Below, piece after piece: positions 25,662 through 38,810 of a stretch of DNA of 64,000 nucleotides. Each line of letters begins with the position of its first letter. Within the stretch, counting starts at the first letter, position 1. Source of the DNA: Octopus sinensis (taxonomy: Eukaryota); assembly GCF_006345805.1 (NCBI RefSeq), contig NC_043006.1:84072001-84136000 (forward strand), read 5' to 3'. The notes under the pieces are model-generated. The model saw nothing but the letters and a program-made list of their open reading frames with translations. It was not told the DNA's origin and ran no database searches. Both the position numbers and the translations under genes were made by a program.

Positions 25662-26617
25662 TATGTATATATATATACATACATGCACAAATAGGAAGAT
25701 AGATAGATATGTTGATATAAACAGGAAAAATGGAACTCAAACTATGAGTATCTGTATATTTTTATCAATATTTTGCAAAAGTAACAGAGTGGCTCAAGAT
25801 CTGAGTTTTGTGCGTTGACACATCAAACGCATGAAACTGTCAGACCTTCTGTTAAATATTAATAAAACTACATATATATATATATATATTAGTGTTTTAT
25901 TAAAGGTGAAAAGAATTTCACAAAACTGATCATCATGAGTTGGTAATTATGAATACTTATAAATACCCTTTTACTTGTTTCAGTATTTGACTGTGGCCAT
26001 GCTGGAGCACCACCTTTAGTCGAGCAAATCAGCCCTAGGACTTAATCTTTGTAAGCCTAGTACTTATTCTATCAGTCTCTTTTGCCAAACCACTAAGTTA
26101 CAGGGACGTAAACACACCAGCATCAGTTGTCAAGTGATGTTGGGGGACACACACACATACATATATATACATATATACAATGGGCTTCTTTCTGTTTCCA
26201 TCTACCAAATCCACTCACAAGGCTTTGATCGGCCCGAAGCTATAGAAGACACTGGAACCATGTGGCTGGTAAGCAAGCTACTTACCACACACCCACTCCT
26301 ACGCCTACATATAAGCTATTGCATTATTCTAAATACTTGCAACTGTCTGATGGTTGCTTAAATAAAACTCTGGGTAACAGTTAGTAAAATCTTTTTATCT
26401 TTAACAAAATACTATTTTACTCAACCATTGCTATTTGAGAACATTTTTTTTTTTAACGTTTTGTACCCATGTGCTTGTGTGTGTGTATACACACACATAC
26501 ATACTTTTTCATCTAACTCATGCCAGCATCAAAAAATGGACTGAAAACCAAAACATTATTGTGTGTAAAAGAAACAAAATATTGAATACAAATACAGATC
26601 CTTTTTTCTCTTTCCAG

Positions 26618-26928
26618 AGACCAAAAACCATGTTCCTGTATCAGTCTTAGGAGACCACAAAATTTCCACACCATATTTCTTAAACAACTTAGGCTTGGAA
26701 GAAGTTGAAAAGATTTTGGGAATCATTTCCCATACGAATCCTGATATTTCCTACTGTCCAGTGCTCCAATGTTTGGTCAGTGTTCTTCTTCATTACATGG
26801 AACCATCGGATTGTTTTAATACCGTTTACAATTTGTTCCGCAGCAAGGCCCAGTTTTACTTACCCATGAATAAATCATCCCATAACGCAATCAAACTGGT
26901 CATGCGTGACCTTTCAAAGAAATATGCA
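26618..26928 (+). CDS. TBC1D24: TBC1D24/sky coding exon 2 (E-TKNHVPV...DLSKKYA)
   Basis: Acceptor TTTTTTCTCTTTCCAG, donor GCA|GTAAGT, phase 1 in and phase 0 out; contains PDISYCPVLQCLVSVLLHYM. Confidence 0.93.
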
Positions 26929-27540
26929 GTAAGTATTTTGACAATAATCTATTAGTTTTGAAAACACTATGTTCTGTTGCCAAATCAAAATGTACCAGAA
27001 AATTAAGCATATATATATATATAGGTGGAGGCACAATGGCCCAGTGGTTAGGGCAGTGGACTTAGGTCATAGGATCGCGGTTTCGATTCCCAGACCGGGC
27101 GCTCTGAGTGTTTATTGAACGAAAACACCTAAATCTCTACGAGACTCCGGCAAGGGGGTGGTGGTGATCCCTGCTGTACTCTTTCACCCCAACTTTCTCT
27201 CACTTTTTCTTCTGTTGGCCTGCTCGCTTAGCTGACTGGGTGGCGTCATTGAAGGCTAAAACAATGCAAAGCGTATTGTTTCCAGCAATGTGTAGCAACA
27301 TCTGATAGCCTGGTTGGTCACGTGACGTGATATATATATAGGCGTGTGTGTGTATTCACATCAGAAATGGCTCTGATGAAAGTAGCATTAATTTTTTTTT
27401 TTAGGTCATTCAATTTTTCTCACTGATCAATAGACCAATTGAGTAAACTTATCAGTAATGTACCTATAATGACTACTGGAAACAGCTGTAAGCCAAAGTT
27501 ACTCTAACACAGGAAAAATATGTAATGACCATTATTTAAA

Positions 27541-27604
<64 letters not shown>

Positions 27605-27605
<1 letters not shown>

Positions 27606-28395
27606 TCTTTAGTCTTTTACTTGTTTCAGTCATTTGACTGTGGCCATGCTGGAGCACCGCCTTTAGTCAAGCAAATCGACCCCAGGACTTATTCTTTGTA
27701 AGCCTAGTACTTATTCTATCAGTCTTTTTTGCCAAACTGCTAAGTTACAGGGACATAAACACACCAGTATCGATTGTCAAGCAATGTTGTGGGGACAAAC
27801 ACAGACACACAAACATATACACACACATACATATCATCATCATCATCATCATCATCATCATCGTTTAACGTCCGCTTTCCATGCTAGCATGGGTTGGGCG
27901 GTTCAACTGGGGTCTGGCAAGCCCGAAGGCTGCACCAGGCCAGTCAGATCTGGCAGTGTTTCTACAGCTGGATGCCCTTCCTAACGCCAACCACTCCAAG
28001 AGTGTAGTGGGTGATTTTATGTCCCACCGACACAGGTGCCAGACGAGGCTGGCAGACGGCTACGCTCGGATGGTGTTTTTTATGTGCCACCGACACAGGT
28101 GCCAGACGAGGCTGGCAGACGGCCACGCTCGGATGGTGTTTTTTATCTGCCACCGACACAGGTGCCAGACGAGGCTGGCAGACGGCCACGCTCGGATGGT
28201 GTTTTCTTATGTGCCACCGACATATACATATATACGATGGGCTTCTTTCAGTTTCCATCTACCAAATCCACTCACAAGGCTTTGGTTGGCCCGAGGCTAT
28301 AGTAGAAGACACTTGGCTAAGGTGCCATGCAGTAGGACTGAACCTGGAACCATGTGGTTGGTAAGCAAGCTACTTACCACACAGCCACTCCTACA
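27605..28395 (-). mobile_element. SINE A with an RTE 3' tail nested in its microsatellite linker; includes a 63-bp tandem repeat (~3.2 copies, 28020-28222)
   Basis: SINE A halves at 27605-27830 and 28225-28395; the insert begins with (CAT)n; CCACCGACAC recurs at 28024, 28087, 28150 and 28214. Confidence 0.85.
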
Positions 28396-28810
28396 CCTAT
28401 ATATATATGTATTAAGTATATTCTTCTCTTTGTACAAACTTAATGGATATTATGGAATTCAAGATGCATATCCAGGAGTATTCCCACTGTATGATGACAT
28501 TTGGTAGCCATCAACTATGGACAAGCTTTGTATAACCTACCACAAGGTTTCTAGCCAAATATTATTCAACTATGCATTAGGCATATGTATATACGTGTGT
28601 GTGTATAAATATATATACAACATTAGTGCAAGTGTGGCTGTGTGGTTAAGACGATTGCTTCCTAACCACATAAATCGAGGTTCAGTCTCACTGTGGAGGC
28701 CAAGTACCTTCTACTATAGCCCCAGGTCAACCAAAGCTTCATGAGTGGATTTGGTTGATGGAAACTGAAAGAATCCCATTGTGTGTTTTGTAAATGAATG
28801 AATGAATGTA

Positions 28811-28843
<33 letters not shown>

Positions 28844-29037
28844 GAGATTTTGTCTGCTTGTTATTCTTTTACTTGTTTCAGTCATTTGACTGCAGCCATA
28901 CTGGAGCACTGTCTTAAAGGGTCTTTAGTTACAGAAGTTGACTGCAGGACTTATTCTTTGTAAGCCTAGTACTTATTCTATCAGTTGTTAAGTGATGGTG
29001 GGGGAACAAACACAGACACAAAGACCAACACACATGA

Positions 29038-29079
<42 letters not shown>

Positions 29080-29948
29080 GACGGGCTTCTTTCAGTCTCC
29101 ATTTACCAAATCCACTCACAAAGCTTTGGTTGCCGCAAGGTTATAGTAGAATACAATGCTTACCCAAGATGCCATGCAGCGGGACTGAACCCAGAACCAT
29201 GTGGTTGGAAAGCAAGCTTTATATTTCTTTATTGCCCACAAGGGGCTAAACATAGAAGAGACAAACAAGGACAAACAAAGGGATTAAGTCGATTACATCG
29301 ACCCCAGTGAGTAACTGGTACTTAATTTATTGATCCCAAAAGGATGAAAGGCAAAGTTGACCTTGGCGAAATATGAACTCAGAACATAGCGGCAGGCGAA
29401 ATATCGCTAAGCATTTCGCCCAGTGTGCTAACATTTCTACCAGCTTGCCACCTTCTTACCACACAACCATACCTGCGCCTCATCTTGACATTATTTAAAT
29501 TAATGTCAGTCATACAAACCGTGTCATTCATTTTCAATATTCTGAGAAAACATGTTTGGGAAAATATTCTTTCACTTAAGGTTAATGACAGGAAATAGAA
29601 AATTTGCCTCAATAAGCTTCATCCAACCCATGCAAGCATAGAAAAGTGAATGTTAAAACAATGATGATGTGTATACGTGTATTTAGTAGGTTGCTTTAAT
29701 GAAATACTGTACAAGTTATTATTGTTTAGATGATCATCATTCCACTCCTTACCTGTATTGCATTGTAAATATATTATCCATGCAAAGGTAAGCTAGAATG
29801 TCAGAAATGTGAGCTCTATAATATTTGAATAATGATAGAAGCCAATTATTGGTTTTTCAAGTGCATTTAATGATATGCACATTTCAAGTGCTTATGCTAT
29901 AAGTAGTTGCTTAATTATCCACTTTCCTCAGGCAGTTGAAGCAATATT

Positions 29949-30021
<73 letters not shown>

Positions 30022-30174
30022 TAAGTGCAAAACAATGTGAAAAAACATAGTACTCAAATACCAAGGGTAGAGTAATATGCTTTATTATAAAAGCATATTC
30101 ATCAAAACTGTCCAACAAATGGGAACATAAAACTGGGTAACAGTTCTGTGAATATTTTGCAGCTTTTAAAATAA

Positions 30175-30220
<46 letters not shown>

Positions 30221-30224
<4 letters not shown>

Positions 30225-30868
30225 GACCTGACTAGTGACCGGGACCTTTGGAAATATGCTGTGCTTGAGAAGACTCGGCAAGCTCAAGTGAAACCATAAC
30301 CTTGTGGCCTATGCCAGGGGTGTAATGTGTACCTTTCCTTCATTGGACACTAAACTCTGGTTGTGAAGACCTGTTGAGGCAAGTGAAATCGAAATCAAAT
30401 TCGATGACTGGCATCCGTGCTAGTGGAGCGCTAAGAGCACCATACGAGCGTGATTGTTGCCAGAGCAACAAGCTGGACTCCGTGCCAGTGGCATGTAAAA
30501 AACACCATTTGAGCGTGATCGTTACCTGCGTCGCCTTACTGGCACTTGTGCTGGTGGCACATGAAAAAACATTTGAGCGAGGTTGTTGCCAGTGCCGATG
30601 GACTAGCTCCTGTGCAGGTGGTACATAAAAAGCACCATTTGAGTGTGACCGTTGCCTGTACCGCATGACTGGGCCTCGTGCCGGTGGCATGTAAAAGCAC
30701 CCACTACACTCTCAGAGTGGTTGGCGTTAGGAAGGGGTTCCAGCTGTAGAAACTCTACTTGATCAGATTGGAGTCTGCTGCAGCCATCTGGTTCGCCAGA
30801 CCTCAGTCAAATCGTCCAACCCATGCTAGCATGGAAAGCAGATGTTAAACGATGATGATGATGGTGAT
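30221..30868 (+). mobile_element. RTE LINE 3' UTR remnant
   Basis: Same family tail ending GGAAAGCAGATGTTAAACGATGATG. Confidence 0.75.
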
Positions 30869-31882
30869 GATATATAGATATATATATAAAATGAAAATAT
30901 GACTGGAGAAAATCACATCTTTAATTGATGATTCCACTATACAATACAAATGATCATTTCTACTTGCATTTATTGGTGTCTGATTGTTTGATTTATTTAA
31001 CCAAATTCATTTAAAACTGAGTGATTCATTGATATCTGCCTGGATTTTTAAATCCATTTTTCTTCATATATATATAAATATCACCAGTATCATTATTTTG
31101 CATTCATTTCTCATTCTGGCTGGAGTAGGATGATTCAACAGAATTTAGCACATGAGGAGACTCTATCCCACTCTGTATCATTTCTGTGGCTAGATCTAGA
31201 TGCCCTTCGTAATACAAACAACCCTACAAAGTGTACTGAATGCATATTTTCATGGCACCAGCATTATAGAGGTCGTCTTGCCAACAGCAAGACTGAAAAA
31301 CCCTCATAAGCTCTTCATTATCACTGTCCTGCATATTTAAAGTGGTGAGTTGGCAGTCATTATAGCATTGGAGAGAATGCTTCATGGTATTTGTTTTAAC
31401 TCTCTGCACTGTAAGTTCAAATTTGGTCACGGTCAACTTTGTCTGTAATTCTTCTTGGGTCAATTTGAAGCAGAATATTGGATCTAATGCCTTGCACTAT
31501 TTGTTCTGGCACTTTGTCTTCTGAGTTAAAATCCTGCTATGGCTTCTTTGGATAGAAGCTTTAATCTATTGCTTGGGTTAACTTGGCACCTTGGAGAAAC
31601 ATTAATGGCATCAGTCTCACTGGTCTAGGAGAACCTGTGAAGACTATAGCACTGCTCCTTTCTCTAGATCCAGTAAGTTAAAACCAAAAAGCAGAAAGTG
31701 AATATAAATTTTTCAGTATTTTCAGATATTTAAAATGGATTTTCCAGTGTAATTGCAAATTAAATAAATACATAAATAATTCTTGTAAATTAATATATTT
31801 GGTTATTTTTTTAATTAAAAAACAAAAAAAAACAAAGGATGATCTAAAGCCTTTCCTATTAATTTTCTTTTTATATTTTCAG

Positions 31883-31984
31883 AGATCTGCTCATAGTTAT
31901 ATCCAGCGGCACAGTAAATCTACAGAAACTGTATTTCATGACTGGCTTTGGTGGATTTTCAGAGACTTACCATTCCATTTTCTG
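31883..31984 (+). CDS. TBC1D24: TBC1D24/sky coding exon 3 (RSAHSYIQ...DLPFHFL)
   Basis: Acceptor TTTTATATTTTCAG; 34 codons; donor CTG|GTTTGT is weak but gives the phase needed to join exon 4. Confidence 0.88.
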
Positions 31985-32289
31985 GTTTGTAGCATTTTTT
32001 TCCCTTTTGGTAGTTCTTTGAAAATTTCCTGTTTACATTTATTATCTTTTATCTCTTACTTGTTTTGTCATTGGATTGTGGCCATGCTGGGGCACCACCT
32101 AGGAAGGGTTCAGTCTAACAAATTGACCCCAGTCTTTATTTTTTAATTTTAAGCATGGTATTTATCCTATTGGACACTTTTTGCTGAGTTATGCTGATAA
32201 ACAAACCAACACTGGTTGTTAAGTGGTTGTGGGAGACAAACACACACACGTATATATGATGGGCTTCTTTCATTTAAACAAATGGATTT

Positions 32290-32792
32290 GTTTATGCTGT
32301 GCATGAGAAGACCCGGCAGGACAAGTGAGACCATAACCTGTGGCCTCTACCTGGGATGTAGCTAGTCCATTTATGCATAGCTTTCCTTCTTGGGACACAA
32401 AACTCTTCTTGCGAAGACCTGTTGAGGCAAATGAAAATCAAAATCAAAATCGATCAACATCAATGGAAATTGTAGCTGTGATACCAGTGCTGGTGACACG
32501 TAAGAGAACCATCTGAACGTGGCCGTTGCCAGCGCCGCCCTGACTGGCATCTGTGCCGGTGGCACGTAAAAAGCACCATCCAATCGTGGCCGTTTGCCAG
32601 CCTCGTCTATCAGGTAAAAAGCACCCACTACAATCATGAAGTGGTTGGCGTTAGGAAGGGCATCCAGCCGTAGAAACATTGCCAGATCAGACTGGGCCTG
32701 GTGCAGCCTTCTGGCTTCCCAGACCCCAGTTGAACCATCCAACCCATGCTAGCATGGAGAACGGATGCTAAACGATGATGATGATGATGATG
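32290..32792 (+). mobile_element. RTE LINE 3' UTR remnant ending ~130 nt upstream of exon 4
   Basis: Family tail ending in (GAT)n at 32792. Confidence 0.8.
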
Positions 32793-32924
32793 AAATCCAT
32801 TTCAAGAAAGTATCAAGCAGGCTACAAGATAAAAGCCTCGAGTTGACCAGCCCCAATGTAGAGCCTCCCTTATTCACTGATGTGTTGTATTTTATTTTCT
32901 TTATTCATTCCTGTTTAATTTCAG

Positions 32925-33015
32925 GTGAAAGTAATTGATTGCTACCTGCTGGAAGGATACAAGGTATTTTATAGAGTGTCCATTGTATTACTAACACTCT
33001 TCTCCAAACAATCAG
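32925..33015 (+). CDS. TBC1D24: TBC1D24/sky coding exon 4 (VKVIDCYLLEGYKVFYRVSIVLLTLFSKQS-G)
   Basis: Acceptor TTTAATTTCAG, donor G|GTAAGT; typical TBC C-terminal motif D.(F/Y)L.EG.KV.YR. Confidence 0.93.
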
Positions 33016-33469
33016 GTAAGTTACTACAATATTTTTTTTAATATATAATTTGTAATAATGTGTAGTAATGTACTGCCTGACCTTGTGGATGTTTCATAGT
33101 TGAATTTGAAACAACCACCGATTGTTAAAGATCAATACATTTTAAATGCTACACACACACACACACCATTATAGTCATCATTCAACATCTCTGTCCTTTG
33201 TTGGATGGTGTGACAAGGATATAATGATTCGAAGGACTGCATTGTGCCCCAGTGTCTGGGGCTTTTGCCTGGTTTCTACCAGCTGTACCTACCATGCTTG
33301 CCAGTATATAAGATGCAATCTACTCTTACACAAGATGCATTCCTATTTTACAAGTATATTTTGCAGACAAAAATCAAATTTAGCATATTTCCCATTGAAA
33401 GGTATTTTAAAATGGTTTGGAGCGAGGTGTGTAATGTTTGATTCTGTGTATGTAAATACAATGTTGTGA

Positions 33470-33810
33470 CATCATCATCATTTAGTGTCTGCTTTCCATG
33501 CTAGCATGGGTTGGACAGTTCAACTGGGGTCTGTGAAGCCAGAAGGCTGCATCAGGCCCAGTCTGATCTGGCAGTGTTTCTACGGCTGGATGCCCTTCCT
33601 AACGCCAACCACTCCGTGAGTGTAGTGGGTGCTTTTTACGTGCCACCCGCACAGGTGCCAGACGGAGCTGGCAAACGGCCATGGACGGATGGTGCTTTTT
33701 ATGTGCCACCGGCACAGGGGCCAGGCGAGGCTGGCAAAAGGCCACGGACGGATGGTGCTTTTTACGTGCCACTGGCACGGGGGCCAGGCGACTCTGGCAA
33801 CGGCAGTATA
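33470..33810 (-). mobile_element. RTE LINE 3' UTR remnant, antisense, downstream of exon 4
   Basis: (CAT)n followed by TTTAG..TC.GCTTTCCATGCTAGCATGGG. Further antisense copies at 23735-23985, 36655-36887 and 37610-37930. Confidence 0.85.
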
Positions 33811-34182
33811 ATAAAAAAAATAATAAATGCGCCCTTTTAAAGTCTAGCCAAGCTCATGGGCCCGGTTTCCCAGTTTCAATGGCGTATATGTTCCCCAGCT
33901 GAACGGGACGCCAGTCCCATCGCAGCGTTACATATTTTTGCCAGCTGAGTGGACTGGAGCAACATGAAATGAAGTGTTTTGCTCAAGAACACAACACGTC
34001 GCCCGGTTGACGGGAAGTGGTGGCATTGTTCCTGCAGATTCACCCAGACTATTCGAGCTAATTCCTTTTCGGTGGAAAAACCATTTGACTGATATGAATG
34101 TGGGTAACTGTCGTCACTTTCGGTTGCTGTGGCTATTTACTTACTGTTTTTAGAACAATTTACTTTCACTTTTTTACGTGAA

Positions 34183-34564
34183 TTGCAGGAGTGGCTGTGT
34201 GGTAAGTAGCTTGCTTACCAACCACATGGTTCGGGTTCAGTCCCATTGCGTGGCACCTTGGGCAAGTGTCTTCTACTATAGCCTCGGGCCTACCAAAGCC
34301 TTGTGAGTGGATTTGGTAGACGGAAATGGAAAGAAGCCCGTTGTATATATGTATATATATATATGTGTGTGTGTTTGTCTCCCCAAAGTCGCTTGACAAC
34401 CGATGCTGGTGTGTTTACGTCCTCGTAACTTAGCAGTTCGGCAAAAGAGACCAATAGAATAAGTACTAGGCTTACAAAGAATAAGTCCTGGGATCAGTTT
34501 GCTTGACTAAAGGCACTGCTCCAGCATGGCCACAGTCAAATGACTGAAACAAGTAAAAGAGTAA
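34183..34564 (+). mobile_element. SINE family A
   Basis: Full head and tail, as at 1900-2360. Confidence 0.85.
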
Positions 34565-35042
34565 AACAGCCAAATGTGTCATATGGGAGAGAAAGAGAAG
34601 TGTGTTAGTAGTGAGGGCTAGGAGAAAGGGATTGCTATTATGTGATTAGTTAGTTGGGGAAAGAGGTAGATAGAAAGAGAGAGAGAAAAAGAACATGTTT
34701 AACATAGGGGTGTGTAATTTAGTTGAAAGGAGAGGCAAAGAGAGTGTGTGTTTAACGAAGGGAACACAACATGGCTACACACTCAAATTCTTTAGAAAAT
34801 CGTAGAACTTCATCTTATGATTTTCAAAATAACTATAGAATTTCCATGGGTACTAGTAGTTATTATTATATTTATTATTATCGAGGCAGCAAGCTGGCAG
34901 AATCGTTAGCACACCAGGCGAAATGCTTAGCAGTATTTTGTCTGCTGCAACATTCTGAGTTCAAATTCCACCGAGGTTGACTTTGCCTTTCGTGCTTTCA
35001 GGAGTCAATAAATTAAGTACCAGTTATGAACTGGGGTTGATG

Positions 35043-35678
35043 TACTGCAATGGTCAGCTTTGCTTTTCATCCTTTCAAAGTTGATAAAGCACTGGACAAG
35101 CCCCCAACACCTTCAAAATTTCAGGCCTTGTGCCTCTATTGGAAAGGATTGTTCTATTTATTCTTTGAGAAAATTGAGAAAATTGTATGTTCGCTGATTT
35201 ATGGACTTTGTTCTGTTACCATACTGTGAGCTGAATGCAACTCTTTTGATACATGAGTTTGCCCTTGATTCTGTGACACAAACTTCCTGTTTTAAAGTTA
35301 TCTTAAATAAAAATATTTATGAATTTGTTTTGCAAGATTTCTGGTGTGATAAGAAGAAAAAAAATATGACTATCATAGTGCTCTCTTTCCTTAACGTGAA
35401 GCTTCCTATCCAGGACATGTGAGCATGCGCACAACATCCAAACACCGCGTAGCTGGAACAGTGAAGCACACACTTCTATACAATGATTTCTGTATTTTTT
35501 CATAAACTGGGGGATGGCTACTGACATTAAGCTTAAAGATTATATACTGTACAAGTATAAAGAAAGAATTAAGAAAAAAGAACTCATTATATTGAATGTT
35601 ATGGATATATCGAGTGGAAATAGGCGGGTGCTGCAGTTCCGCAGTGCCTATACACGAGTAGCCACTGTAAACATCCAT
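35043..35678 (+). repeat. Direct duplication copy 1 of the segment at 38811-39437
   Basis: Near-identical 627-bp segment with an extra 9-bp AGAAAATTG; interrupts a family C SINE. Confidence 0.95.
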
Positions 35679-36614
35679 TGATTGTCCCCTTCTCCAAATT
35701 TCAGACCTTGTGCCTATAGCAGAAAGGATTATTATTATTATTTGCACTGTATTTGCTAAATTTATTTTCTTTAAGGATGTTAATGAAGAATTCATATAAG
35801 GTTGTTAATATTATTTAACAAAGGCGGCGAGCTGGCAGAAACGTTAGCACGCCGGACGAAATATGTAGCCGTATTTCGTCTACCGTTACATTCTGAGTTC
35901 AAATTCCGCTGAGGTCAACTTTGCCTTTCATCTTTTCGGGGTCGATAAATTAAATACCAGTTCCACACTGGGGTCGATATAATCAACTTAATCTGTTTGC
36001 CTGTTCTTGTTTGTCCCCTCTATGTTTAGCCCCTTGTGGGTAATAAAGAAACAAATATTATTTAACAAATTGTGCTTTTTTTCTTAACATGTGACAGTGG
36101 TGGTGGGGTTATTAGATATAGCAGCCAAATGACTCTCAAATCATATTTCTTTAAAAATAAAAAGTTACATTGAACAATATAGTCCCTGATATACAAAACA
36201 TATGGAATGGTCACAGCTGGGGAATTTATAATCATTATTCAGTTCAATCACAGTTACACAATAAACAGAACTGAGTTATAATAATGATTTTGTCATTGTT
36301 TAGTGCCAGCACAGTTGCAGTTGAGCATACTTAAGATCAAAGGTATTCCAGCTGTGACCATCTCATTGATTTTGTCTCTTTTACTTGTTTCAGTCATTTG
36401 ACTGCAACCATGCTGGAGCACTGCCTTCAAGGGTTTTTTTAGTCGAAGAAATTGACTCCAGGACTTAATTTTTCTTTTCAGCCTAGTGCTTATTCTATCG
36501 GATTCTGTTGCTGAACTGTTAAGTTATGGGGATGCAAACACACCAACACAAGTTGTCAAGCGGTGATGGTGTGACAAACACAGACACAAAGACATACATA
36601 CATGTATATGTATG

Positions 36615-36657
<43 letters not shown>

Positions 36658-36883
36658 TAATCATCATTTAACGTCTGCTTTCCATGCTGGCATGGGTTGG
36701 ACGGTTCAACTGGGGTCTGGGAAGCCAGAAGGCTGCACCAAGCCCAGTCTGATCTGGCAGTGTTTCTACAGCTGGATGCCCTTCCTAACGCCAACCACTC
36801 CGTGAGTGTAGTGGGTGCTTTTACGTGCCAGACGAGGCTGGCAAACGGCCACAATCGGATGGTGCTTTTTACATGCCACTGGC

Positions 36884-36921
<38 letters not shown>

Positions 36922-38168
36922 AGAGTTTATGAAAAAAACAAAAGATGAAGAGAGGTAGTGTACAAAACAAATGAAAGGGACACAGAAAAAACAAGGAGAG
37001 AGACAAAGAGAGAAAAAAATATATGTATATACACATACACAATGGGCTTCTTTCAGTTTCCATCTACCAAATCCACTCAGAAGGCCTTGGTTAGCCCGAA
37101 GCTATAATAGAAGACTCATGCCCAAGGTATCACGTAGTAAGACTGAACTCAGAACCATTTGGTTGAGAAGCAAGCTTTTTATCACATAGCCACACTTGTG
37201 CCTGTTACTGTGTAGGATTGTATAAGTCAACGTGTCCATCCTATTTTCCAGAATGATATGATTTGTTGTTGTCTTGTAGTGGTTATACTACTTGGGGTGC
37301 CAATCATGTGGTAGGCAGCTGAGAACATGGATTTGTACAATTAAGTCAGACCTTGAATCTATATCTAGACTTCACATATATGATATCAGCTGATGGAATC
37401 ATGATTAGGTGATGATCTTTACATCAGATGTCCATGATTACGGAGTGCGTCCAGCTATTGTTTGTGAATCTGTGGTTTCACTGGCTAGAATTGGCTCAAT
37501 TATTGAGTGAATGCTGATATGAATACTGAGTATTGCTATAAATCTGAAATGACCATAAAAGACAAAACACATTTTGGAAATTTCCAACCTTTTTGAGTCA
37601 TAGGAATTATCATCATTGTTTAGCATCCGCTTTCCATGCTAGCATGGGTTGGACGGTTCAACTGGGGTCTGGGAAGCCAGAAGGCTGCACCAGGCCCAGT
37701 CTGATCTGGCTATGTTTCTACAGCTGGATGCCCTTCCTAACGCCAACCACTCCGTGAGTGTAGTGGGTGCTTTTTACGTGCCACCGGCACAGGTGCTAGA
37801 CGCGGCTGGCAAACGGCCACGATCGGATGGTGCTTTTTACGTGCCATCAGCACAGGGGCCAGGCAAGGCTGGCAATGGCCGGTGAGGCTGGCAACGGCCA
37901 GGTGAGGCTGGCAACAGCCAGGCGAGGTTGGCAAGGTAGTGAGCTAGCACAATCATTAGCATTCTGGCCAAAATACTTAGTGGCATTTCATCTGTCTTTA
38001 CGGTCTTAGTTCAAATGCTGCCGAGGTTGACTTTGCTTTTCATCATTTTGGGGTTGATGAAATAAGCACCAGCTGAACACTGGAGTTGATGTAACCAATT
38101 AGCCCCTTCTCCCTCAATTTTCAGGTCATGTGCCTATAGTAGAAAGGACTATTACTTTATTTATTTAT

Positions 38169-38492
38169 AGGCACAGGAATGGCTGTGTGGTAAGTAGCTT
38201 GCTTACGAACCACATGGTTCTGGGTTCAGTCCCATTGCGTGGCACCTTGGGCAAGTGTCTTCTAGTATAGCCTCGGGCTGACCAAAGCCTTGTGAGTGGA
38301 TTTGGTAGATGGAAACTGAAAGAAGCCCATCATATATATATATATATCATCATCATCATCATCATCGTTTAACATCCGCTTTCCATGCTAGCATGGGTTG
38401 GACGTTTCAACTGGGGTCTGGGAAGCCCAAAGGCTGCACCAGACCAGTCAGATCTGGCAGTGTTTCTACAGCTGGATGCCCTTCCTAACAGC

Positions 38493-38529
<37 letters not shown>

Positions 38530-38730
38530 ATATGTTTGTGTGTCTGTATTTGTCCCCCCCAACATCGCTTGACAACCGATGCTGGCCCCGTAACTTAGTG
38601 GTTCAGGAAAGGAGACCGATAGAATAAGTACAAGGCTTACAAAGAATAAGTCCTGGGCATCGATTTGCTCGACTAAAGGTGGTGCTCCAGCATGGCCACA
38701 GTCAAATGACTGAAACAAGTAAAAGAGTAA
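38169..38730 (+). mobile_element. SINE A with a nested antisense RTE tail (38345-38492)
   Basis: SINE halves are separated by (TA)n(CAT)n-GTTTAACATCCGC... Confidence 0.8.
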
Positions 38731-38810
38731 AGGCGATAAACTGACAGAGTTGTTAGCATGCTTCACAAAATGCCAGAGCTTTGTGTCCATTTTTATATTC
38801 TGAGTTCAAA

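Noticed and set aside
25770-25860. Possible fourth hammerhead-like motif
   Set aside because: Core too degenerate on both strands to assign stems with confidence.
27027-27105. tRNA-like A and B boxes
   Set aside because: SINE heads continuous with SINE bodies; no convincing cloverleaf, so not called as tRNA genes.
28020-28222. 63-bp repeats superficially like a CRISPR array
   Set aside because: Head-to-tail units with no unique spacers, inside a eukaryotic retroelement UTR; no cas genes.
33511-33840. Recurrent 'MDGSTGVWEARRLHQAQSDL...' ORFs (also 24753, 32371, 36697, 37649, 42251)
   Set aside because: Antisense translations of the RTE 3' UTR repeat, not a gene family.
35201-35795. Duplicated ORFs at 35201/38960 and 35406/39165 as a paralogous gene pair
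   Set aside because: They arise from the 627-bp intronic duplication; no splice or domain support.
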